DNA of 64,000 nucleotides from Muribaculaceae bacterium (GTDB taxonomy: Bacteria > Bacteroidota > Bacteroidia > Bacteroidales > Muribaculaceae), in assembly GCA_029060725.1 (NCBI GenBank), contig JAIDTL010000156.1, positions 3,657 to 67,656 on the forward strand, in the 5' to 3' direction. A model generated the notes under the pieces. It searched no databases. It was not told the DNA's origin and saw nothing but the letters and a program-made list of their open reading frames with translations. A program made the translations under genes and the position numbers. This document shows positions 47,238 to 56,000 of this stretch, one piece after another. Each line of letters begins with the position of its first letter. Position 1 is the stretch's first letter.

Positions 47238-47661
47238 ATCTCTTCGGTGCCGGATGGTGATAAAGGATAGATTGGAGTTTGAGAGCATAGTCGTCGCGAC
47301 GCGAAAACGTTGCACCCGAACGCTCCGGACTCACTATCTCTTGCCAGAGGGCAAGGACATGGGAAGTGAGCATATTCTCGACTGTCTTTTGCAGACTGAC
47401 GGTGTCAGTGGTTTCATTGACAGCGATGGTCATTGAGAGTGAATCGTCGGTGTTGGCGACACTCTTTAGGAAAGGCCGACAGATATCGATGGCGTGCATC
47501 GCCGCTTCGTCGAAGAAGGAGTGGAAGAGTGATTTGTCAGCCTCTGAAAGAGCAAGACGATCATAATCGTTGTCTTGTGGGGAGCGGGTGCCCTGCCACT
47601 CGGTGCGTCTTGCCACTTGCGTGAAGACTTGCATTCGGGGTATTACGATAGATGTTTCCAT
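47227..47661 (-). CDS. small phage-like helical protein (adaptor/connector-like), paralogue 1
   Basis: VFTQVARRTEWQG, YDRLAL, LTSHVLALWQ; first gene of the trio. Confidence 0.5.
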   Translation of the reverse strand: METSIVIPRMQVFTQVARRTEWQGTRSPQDNDYDRLALSEADKSLFHSFFDEAAMHAIDICRPFLKSVANTDDSLSMTIAVNETTDTVSLQKTVENMLTSHVLALWQEIVSPERSGATFSRRDDYALKLQSILYHHPAPKRFNY

Positions 47662-47689
47662 AATCAGGTATAATTTTGCTGTTACGCTT

Positions 47690-47729
47690 GCAAAATTACT
47701 TCATCCCCACCTCCGCTCCCCCTTATCCC
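47690..47729 (-). promoter_or_regulatory. GGGATAAGGGG-N20-TAATTTTGC promoter of the small-protein trio
   Basis: same motif and spacing as 42756..42795. Confidence 0.7.
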
Positions 47730-47735
47730 CATAAA

Positions 47736-47761
47736 ATGGAAAGCAGGCTTTCCAGCCTGCG
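47736..47761 (+). repeat. half copy of REP-like family C
   Basis: ATGGAAAGCAGGCTTTCCAGCCTGCG, identical to 62370..62395. Confidence 0.8.
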
Positions 47762-47792
47762 CCCCCACGCTTATGCCCTCTGCGACTTACAG

Positions 47793-47828
47793 AAAAAAAA
47801 AGCAGCCACCCACAAGAGCAGCTGCTTT
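47793..47828 (-). terminator. terminator of the surface-protein cluster
   Basis: AAAGCAGC..GCTGCTTT stem with an A-run giving a U-tract on minus. Confidence 0.65.
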
Positions 47829-47864
47829 GATCGTTAATCGTTAATCGTCAATCGTTAATCGTTG

Positions 47865-49790
47865 TTAGAAAGACGCCGGTGAGAAAATTCCGGCACGTGG
47901 ATGATCCGGTGGAAGGTTAGGAGTCAAGTCAGGATTGCGCTCCGGCTGCCATGTACGGATATGAATCAAAGGCTTATCAGGATCATTGAAGTCAACGAAA
48001 AGGAACAGATAACCTTGGTCACCGTATGTCTGCGAGATATAATCTTGCTTCAACTGAAGAGCATACGTCTCGCCGCCAACTCCGGAACGCTCTACATCTG
48101 TGTCTGTAAAACGCAGGTTGATGAATTCCTGGCTTGCAAAGCAACGACGCAGCTGCTCCATATATTCCTTCTTTGACTTCTGAGAATATGTGACCTGTTC
48201 CTTCGAAGCGAGCCCGAAACCGTCGGCTCCCGGAACTTTCTCCAGTTTCTTGGTGACATGACCCACAATGATGACCGCGTCATCATCGAAAATACTCTCA
48301 ATATAGTCCTGAAGACCAAGAGCAAACGCTGTTCGGTAATTTTCCAGGAAGTTGACGAGCACCATCTTCTTGTCATCATTCCAAGCTGCTCCTTCCTTGG
48401 CAAAGATATCCTTGCGTGCTATGCTTCCAAGTCCGAAACCAAGGCTGACAAGCTTGCAGTCTTTATTGAATGTAAAGGTTACATCTTCGGTAAACTGGCG
48501 TCCCTTGCTGAAAGTAAACGACATCGGCACTGAGCGGCACATTACCTCGTCGCGATAGGGATAGAATTCGTATGTGTCGCGTGTAGCCTTGCCGAGGATA
48601 CGCACCTTTCCATACTTCATCAGACGCTCAAACATCATCCAGCCTTCAGGAGTGCAGATCTCTTTCACCTCGTCAAATTTTCGGTTGTTGATGCAATATA
48701 TGATCTTTTCCATCAAGCCTACGTAGGGCGACACTTCCTCGCGGTTCAGCTCCAGGATACCTTCGTGCGCCCCGGCAGCCACCTGCTCCTGGAATGCCTT
48801 AGCTTCCTTCTTGTCAGCTTTCAGTTCCTTTTTTGAATTATTGATCAGAAATTCATTTGCCACCAATCCCCCTCCCTTGTAGGAGTCAAGAAGAGGCTTG
48901 AGTTCAGCATCAGCATGGTTTTCATTCTTAAACTGATATTCCACATAAAGCTTCAGGGGCTTCATAGGCACGTCAGATGGGAGTTCGAGCATCGCCATGC
49001 CATCCCGGGCGGTGATCAGTGGCGAATAGCCTGTGTTTGTGCCATATTTGAACGTGCACGTAGTGGCAGGCTTTCCGTCATACTTCACATTGAGCTCTAC
49101 AAGCTTTGTGCCGCTTTCCGGATCATCTTCATCATCGCTGACCGACGCAATTCCAAAGCTCACTTTATTGACAATGTCGCGCATAGCCTCGGGCAACCAT
49201 ATAGAGAGATTCTCCTCCTCTCCATTTATTTTCTCATTGACGTCTGACGGATTCGGCAGACTTTGGAGAAGCACGTAGGAGCGATAAAGATGACGGAGCG
49301 CATCGTCGACTTTCCCTTTTTCGGCAGCCTTGGCGCCGGAACGTGCCAAATCCGCCACATTCTTGCGTCGGCGGTCATGCATCTTCCTGATATTCTCCTT
49401 AGGCATATAGACGAAACGCTCGAAATCAGGAGCTCCGCCTACAGCTATCACTTGCACTCCCTCCAAAGAAGCCGGAGTGGTGTAGCTTTCCACTACAGAT
49501 GTAAACTGCTCAGATGAGACAGTCGTGCCATCAGCCTGAAGTAGGTCGGTGGCCTGTCCGAAAGTGCGTCCGCTGACAGTCTGAGAAATCTTCTTGACCA
49601 TGTCATGGACAGCGGCAGTGTATGCCTCCTCAGCATCTCCGCCGAAGCCGACCCCATAGATAAAGAGATCCGGCATATTCTTGATTTCCTCAGCCCTTTT
49701 CTGCTCCGGTGTCTCCTTGGGCTTCGCTGCAAAACTTAAGGTAGTCCCGAGAAGCGCCACTGCAAATATAAAAAAAATACGCCTTAACAT
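47865..49790 (-). CDS. exported protein with LPP20-like N-terminal domain
   Basis: signal peptide; YGVGFG..EEAYTAAVHDM..IS; C-terminal YGDQGYLFL..IHIRTWQP. Confidence 0.55.
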   Translation of the reverse strand: MLRRIFFIFAVALLGTTLSFAAKPKETPEQKRAEEIKNMPDLFIYGVGFGGDAEEAYTAAVHDMVKKISQTVSGRTFGQATDLLQADGTTVSSEQFTSVVESYTTPASLEGVQVIAVGGAPDFERFVYMPKENIRKMHDRRRKNVADLARSGAKAAEKGKVDDALRHLYRSYVLLQSLPNPSDVNEKINGEEENLSIWLPEAMRDIVNKVSFGIASVSDDEDDPESGTKLVELNVKYDGKPATTCTFKYGTNTGYSPLITARDGMAMLELPSDVPMKPLKLYVEYQFKNENHADAELKPLLDSYKGGGLVANEFLINNSKKELKADKKEAKAFQEQVAAGAHEGILELNREEVSPYVGLMEKIIYCINNRKFDEVKEICTPEGWMMFERLMKYGKVRILGKATRDTYEFYPYRDEVMCRSVPMSFTFSKGRQFTEDVTFTFNKDCKLVSLGFGLGSIARKDIFAKEGAAWNDDKKMVLVNFLENYRTAFALGLQDYIESIFDDDAVIIVGHVTKKLEKVPGADGFGLASKEQVTYSQKSKKEYMEQLRRCFASQEFINLRFTDTDVERSGVGGETYALQLKQDYISQTYGDQGYLFLFVDFNDPDKPLIHIRTWQPERNPDLTPNLPPDHPRAGIFSPASF

Positions 49791-49837
49791 TTATAATTAA
49801 TAATTTATAATTAATAATTTATAGTTATAATTAATCA

Positions 49838-51520
49838 TTAATTGGAGGGTGTCGGATTGTCGCTGTTGCTCGGATATTGACCGGCAGTAGAGAATGGATA
49901 GCTCCAGCTTCCATACTTGTCTTCAACTTTATCACCTCTGATAAATCTGACAAAGCCACGTGCGATATAGCGAGTAGCGGGTTCGAGGTCAGTCAGGTCG
50001 AAGGTCACGGTGCCGTCATTGCTGTCCGACGGGCTGATTGCCACTCGGTGTTGATCCGTACCGTCTTCACGGCTCCATTCCAATCCTGCCTCAATCACAG
50101 TGTAGAAGGGAGAATAGAAATTGAATGCCAATGAAGCCGAAGTCTGCGAATAGTCGTCAGCGGGCCATGGCACGCTTACAGCAGGCTCCCGCCCTCCGAA
50201 CTGTGTCACTCCGATATTTATAGCACCTAAACCGAATGATGCCGGGTTAAGCACGATTCCTTCATTCGTATAGGTGGTCTCAGGAGTTATCGTGATGAAG
50301 CCGGTGCGGGTGTCATCACTGTAATTGGCATCGACATTAGCTCCGAAAGTGTCGAAGCCATTGCCGGAAGTGCCTGTCAGTTCGATCCATGACGGAGCAG
50401 AAGCTCTCCATCTGAAGCGAGAGTCGACCTCTACCACAATTTGGCCTCCGGTCTCTTTGACTATACCTACATTGTCGATACGGCTCGCCTCGAAATATAC
50501 GTCGATGCCCGTCTGCACGATAGTGACAGTCTGCTGCGGATAGCGATCGTCGCGCGGCTTGAAGAGAATCTGAGTAGAACGATATTGTCCGTCAGAAGGA
50601 GCTATCTTGGCTACTGTCTCCACTCTCGACAGGCTTCCTTCGGCAACAGAAGGCACTGTAAGCGACACCCATGAAGCGGAGCATACCGCATCCCATCCGG
50701 AATTGGGAGAAAGCACTCCAAAAGGTATCTCCCCACCTTCTGCACCGACAGTCTGGTTTTCGGAGGGAGTCACATCAAATGTATATGACGATTTTGTCTG
50801 GGTGATCTCTATAGTATAGCGTGAGATAGCACTCACAAGGTTGAGGAATGCCTTCCTGTCGGCTGCCGTGCGGTTGTCCTGCAGAGCCATTCTGAATGTT
50901 GCACCCGCAGAGCCGCTGTAAGTGCCGTCTGCGCCTGGTGTCATTCCACTGAGAGGCGTGATCATGACGAATTCCGTCGGGTTCTCACCCTCATAGCTGA
51001 CGTCGAGTGTCCAATTTACATTAGAAATAATCGTAAATTCCTGGCTTCTGGGATTCTGCGCCTCGAAAGGCTCCAACGATGATGGCGTCAGCCTTACGTC
51101 GCTTACTGCCTGCTTGAGAGTCATCTCTATGCTGGTGGTGCCCTCGTTGGTGACAGCATCTCCATCGGCATCGACCACATAGACCATGACCCTGGCGCTT
51201 CTTTCCTTATTGATGTTCTCAAGTATGCTTAGCGTTATGGTCTCATTGCCGCGTCCGGTCATCTTGTCGGCAGTACACCACCCTCCCTCACACTCGATGG
51301 ATACCTTCCAGAGCGTATTGCTCTCTACTTCCACCTTTATATTGTTGTCCGGGGCAGCCCCATAGTCGACACTGAAGCCCGACGAGTGCCCGTCTACCTT
51401 CAGTTCGAGCTGGTTTTTCGTAGGCATAAGTCCCGTATCGTAGTTGTCGCTACAGGCGGCTATCCCGGCAAGTGTCAGAAATGCCGCTGCAAGCCATCCG
51501 AATATATGTCTTGTCTTCAT
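49838..51520 (-). CDS. lipoprotein with tandem BACON domains and a C-terminal FN3-like domain
   Basis: IAAC lipobox; repeated SN..W..W..N..R pattern; LTDLEPATRY. Confidence 0.8.
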   Translation of the reverse strand: MKTRHIFGWLAAAFLTLAGIAACSDNYDTGLMPTKNQLELKVDGHSSGFSVDYGAAPDNNIKVEVESNTLWKVSIECEGGWCTADKMTGRGNETITLSILENINKERSARVMVYVVDADGDAVTNEGTTSIEMTLKQAVSDVRLTPSSLEPFEAQNPRSQEFTIISNVNWTLDVSYEGENPTEFVMITPLSGMTPGADGTYSGSAGATFRMALQDNRTAADRKAFLNLVSAISRYTIEITQTKSSYTFDVTPSENQTVGAEGGEIPFGVLSPNSGWDAVCSASWVSLTVPSVAEGSLSRVETVAKIAPSDGQYRSTQILFKPRDDRYPQQTVTIVQTGIDVYFEASRIDNVGIVKETGGQIVVEVDSRFRWRASAPSWIELTGTSGNGFDTFGANVDANYSDDTRTGFITITPETTYTNEGIVLNPASFGLGAINIGVTQFGGREPAVSVPWPADDYSQTSASLAFNFYSPFYTVIEAGLEWSREDGTDQHRVAISPSDSNDGTVTFDLTDLEPATRYIARGFVRFIRGDKVEDKYGSWSYPFSTAGQYPSNSDNPTPSN

Positions 51521-51539
51521 TGTTGATATTCTACTTGAA

Positions 51540-53069
51540 TTAGAGTGAAACTGAAACTCCTATCGAACCCTTTATTCCACCCCTTGTCATGCCTCCCTGC
51601 TTGAAGACATCTACCACATCACCCTTTGTGGAGACGGGTATGCCATATTCAGGAGTGATGAAGAAGCCTACGTGCTGGATCGGGTGGTAGGAGAACCGGG
51701 CCCCCACTGTCACGCAAGGCTGGGTGAATCCATTGCCGGGGTATTTACTCTCCTTGGCAGCAAGGCGCTGGATCATGAACCCTGCCTGCGGAGTAAGCCC
51801 GAAGCGCTCTGCAAACCTAAGCTGATAGCCGGCACGCACTGCCATCTCATCGAGTCGGTATTTGTGTTGCCCCATGAATACGTTGTCGGTGCGGTCATAC
51901 CAGCTTACGTCTTTGCTGCTGCTGATGCCAAGGTTGTAGCTGACCTCTAAGTTGATGTTCTCGTAGTAGCCACCAAGAGTAAAACCTACCGATGGCATCC
52001 CACTGCCGGCAAACGACACAGCTGCATAGCCTGTTGTCTTCTTGACATACTGTATCCTTTCGAGGCGGATGGTGTCGCGAAGGGTCTCTCCACGCTCTAT
52101 ACGGAACTTCAGGCTCTGAGGATAGTAACCCTTCTTCGAGAAGTCATACTCGTAGCGTGCCACGGGAAGCTGCATTGTAGACTGAAGGTTGACAACTGAA
52201 TCACCCTCCATCACAGTGACGCCGTAAGCCGGCTCGGTGACGAGTTCAAGATATCCGAGGTGTGGCAACGGTGGAGTTGCTGTGACAGTCTTTGTCTTGC
52301 CTGCTTCGACTGTGAAGGTCGTGGTCTGGTCTTCATGGTCGGGGAGCTTTGCAGTGACGACATAACTGCCTGCCTTCAAGTGCTTGCGGAGCTGTCCGAC
52401 ACCTTCTCGGTTGTCTTGGAACCATAGTTCAGCTCCGTCGGCAACTTCTATATTGACGTCGCCAAACTTTAGGTTCTCATCTTCCATCTGCAGCGTAAAC
52501 TGATTGCCGCCGTCTGCCGTGAGTGTGACTACATCTTCAAAGAGCAAAGACCCGAGTTCTGCACGCACAAGGTGCGAACCCAATGGCATGTGCATATTGA
52601 CGGGAGACTTTCCTTGGGGCTCTCCGTCGACGGTGATCTCCGCATTGGGCGTCGAAGCGATCAAGGCTACGTTGCGACCCTCCACGTTGAGCTCTACAGA
52701 GTAAGTTTTGCCGGCTTCTGCTTCCATACCGTCAAACCAAATCACTGTAGGGCTGTACTTGGGGTGATTGACAGTCACCTTCTGAGTACGCTCCGGAACA
52801 TAGAGCCACACTTCGCCCGGACCATGCTGCTTGCGGTCGAGAATCTGATATAGACCTCCGTCAAAACCGAGCACTTCGTTAGGAAACGGAGTGTAGATCC
52901 TGATGAGGGCAGCTTTCTTGCCACTGTTCGGGTCGATCACCTGCGTGTCTGCCAATCGGGCAAACATGTCATTAGTGGCTTTGAAGTCCCGGTATTCGAG
53001 TTTTTGGGCCATCATTGGCAAGGAACCCAACAGGGCTCCTGCCACGATGGCAATCTTTAGAAACTTCAT
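51540..53069 (-). CDS. PEGA-domain protein with C-terminal outer-membrane beta-barrel
   Basis: STPNAEITVDG..GKSP..GSH PEGA pattern; barrel-like C-terminus; ATG at 53069. Confidence 0.75.
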   Translation of the reverse strand: MKFLKIAIVAGALLGSLPMMAQKLEYRDFKATNDMFARLADTQVIDPNSGKKAALIRIYTPFPNEVLGFDGGLYQILDRKQHGPGEVWLYVPERTQKVTVNHPKYSPTVIWFDGMEAEAGKTYSVELNVEGRNVALIASTPNAEITVDGEPQGKSPVNMHMPLGSHLVRAELGSLLFEDVVTLTADGGNQFTLQMEDENLKFGDVNIEVADGAELWFQDNREGVGQLRKHLKAGSYVVTAKLPDHEDQTTTFTVEAGKTKTVTATPPLPHLGYLELVTEPAYGVTVMEGDSVVNLQSTMQLPVARYEYDFSKKGYYPQSLKFRIERGETLRDTIRLERIQYVKKTTGYAAVSFAGSGMPSVGFTLGGYYENINLEVSYNLGISSSKDVSWYDRTDNVFMGQHKYRLDEMAVRAGYQLRFAERFGLTPQAGFMIQRLAAKESKYPGNGFTQPCVTVGARFSYHPIQHVGFFITPEYGIPVSTKGDVVDVFKQGGMTRGGIKGSIGVSVSL

Positions 53070-53092
53070 TTTTATTATATACATTAGAGTTA

Positions 53093-56000
53093 TTATTTCA
53101 CCATTACTTTCACTCCGCCTACGATATATATGTCGCGTGTCAAGCCTTCGATGACTACTGTCTCGCCCGCTTTCAAATGCATGGTACGTATCACCACGCC
53201 TGTAGCCGTAGTCACAGCAGTATTGCATTCACGGCTGCTGCTGACGCGGATAGTGCCTGCTGCCGGAGTCTCTACCATTATGCCTGAACCGGATGCTTCT
53301 GCCACAGGTGTCAGCACTCCGCTCCAGTCGCCGAAGACAGGTATCTGCTTTGGCATTCCCTCGCCGCGAAGATATGCCCCGAATGGAAGGGTCTTATCTT
53401 CCGTCACGAATGCACTGCCAAGCCAATCACGGCCTGCCAACATGTTGACGTTGATCGACCGTATTCCGGTCTCCTCCACCGGCAGGAAGGTGCCCACAAA
53501 CTCTGTCCCGTCAAGCCACTTGTCTGCTTTCGGCATAACGCTGTCAGGAATAAGTGTCACTCTCTCCGCAGCAAATGTCACTTTGCCGGGAAGATTATAG
53601 CCGTAGACATAGTCTTCATTGTTTGGCATGGAGATGATGTAGGGTGTGCGAGCCTGAATGGCACTTGCAGCTACCCAGCCCTCTTCTGCAGCATTGTATA
53701 GCCAGAAAGGCTTGACGCTATCTTCCGGACCTTTCCATAATGAGAATGGCACAATTTCACCTGCCTGCTCATGCATGATGCTTGCTGCGTCGAAGGGTAG
53801 GGCTATGGTCTCCCATCCTGCACATTCTCCAATCACTGTCGGCATAGTGAATTCCTTGGTCAGCTCTATGTGCTCTACATCAATCGGCATGTGAACGCCG
53901 AAAGGATAACCGGGCATAAGAGCGACCTTCTTTGCTGTTCCCGTCACTCCTGCTCCATCCGGATCGGTAGGAGCGTCACCACTAATGTATGGATAGGTCA
54001 CGACGTTGATTGCATCTGAAGGAGCATTATCTTCGTCAAACACCCAAAGCAATATATTGGGGTTGTCGGCTTCTGCAAGTCTTCCCTCCGGCATACGCTC
54101 GTCGGTGATACCCCACATCACAGTAGTCAGTTTCTTCATTCCCTTCAGCATTCCCTGCGGTATGCTATAAGCGAAAATGGTCTCAAGCGCTGAGTTGGCG
54201 AAGACTCCGTCGCACGGTTCTGTGGTGGTGTGGTTTGGCGCTAAGTGAAGTGCAGTGAGATTAGGAAGCGACCCGAGGAATTCAAGGTCTTCTTTCTCTA
54301 TCTCTCCTCCGTTGATATAGAGATATGTGTACTCATCCGGGTTGTCACCCCAAGTGCCGAACCCTTCGGAAATGCGATATCCATTCCTTGCGGCGGCTAT
54401 GCGTCCGGTGTTGAAATAGTCGATTTCCTTCGCTACGGTGTCGCTGCGGAATGCATTGTCAGAAGTAGCTACAGCTGTCAGGCGTGCCATATATGAGACT
54501 TCCATCGTGCGCTCGCCTACTCCGCCATGCCGGTATTCATCATCCATAAATATACTTACATTCGCTGATGCAGAAGCGGGGTCTCCTTCGGCAGGACCAT
54601 AATGCACTGCGTGGCCGTCATAATCCACCTTTGGAGGAAGATGGAACACTAACTCTTCTGAAATAGTCTCAGAATCGTAGCGGTCTTCATCAGTGGCAAT
54701 GGCTGAGACTTGAAGAAGCCTCATTTCAGGCACTACGTCGATTGACTCAAGGCTATTGCAAATCCGTTCTTCTCCATCGATGATCACGCGTATTGCCGCT
54801 CCATCTGCATTCTCAACAAATACTCTGCGACCTTCAAAATCCTTGCCAATTGTAGGAATGGTTTCCTTCCACTGGCTGAGCACAAAGTTATATATGGCTT
54901 CATCAGAATCGTTGTAGCCTGCCTTTGTGGCAATGAATCTGACAGTGCAGTCTTCTGTCATTGGTATCGGTTCGCTGTAAAGCGTTGATGAGGATGTCGG
55001 TTGATCGCCGTTGGCTGTATAGCGTATCTGTGCAGACTCTTCTTCACTCGCCAATGTTAGATAATGCTTACCGTAGGATGCTGTAGGAGCAGGCAACTTC
55101 ATGTTGGAAACTTCGTAGACCGTCACGTCAGATTCGATAAAGTCAGCTAAGAAAGCTCTGACGGTAAAGGTCATGTTACCGGTGATGTCGATTGGCTCCG
55201 TGTAGACTGTTCCTGTCGTTGGAGTCGGCACAGTTCCATCGGTAGTGTAACGGATCTGCGCACCGACTGTAGCACAAGTCATAGTGACTTTCATCGTCTC
55301 CAGACTGTGGGTTACGATCGGAGCCGTAACTTTCCTGTCATCCACTGTCACGGAAGCCTCTTCAGAATCAAACAAATCGCTACGAAATGCCTTGGCTGTA
55401 TAAGTATGGTTGCCTACGACTGATATCGGACCTTCATACTTGATTCCGGTCTCTTCTGTCGGAGCCTCCCCGTCAATGGTATATCGGATCTCCGCACCAT
55501 CAGTGTCGCAAGTCATTGCGATGGTCAATGCTTCCGGATCGTAGGTCAGCTCAGGAGTTGCCACCTGATGATCTGCTATCTTGAATTCGTATGTGCCTGT
55601 TTCTGAATCGAGGAAGTATTGGCGCATTGCGATGAACTTCACCGTGCAGTCTTCCGTCAGAGCGACAGGGGCTTCATAGAGTGCAGATTCTGCAGTAGGC
55701 TCTGCACCGTCAAGTGTATATCGGATGGCTGCCTCAGCATCACTGCACGACAATGTCAGCACTTTGTTGGCAAAGCTTGCTGTTGGAGTCGGCACTTTCT
55801 GGTCGTCGACTGTCACGGAAGCCGATTCCGAATCAAACAAATCGCTACGGAATGCCTTGGCTGTATAGGTATGGTTGCCTACTACAGCTACCGGGCCTTC
55901 ATACTTTATTCCTGTCTCTGCTGTCGGAGCCTCACCGTCAATGGTATAGCGGATTTCGGCATTGATGGTATCACATGTCATTGTGATGGTCAATGCTTCC

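Noticed and set aside
41312-47865. Repeat arrays as CRISPR
   Set aside because: Units are 7-10 bp and contiguous with no unique spacers; no cas genes seen
53070-53228. Long overlap of the PEGA ORF with the upstream gene
   Set aside because: Signal peptide begins at ATG 53069; the extension is an ORF-calling artefact
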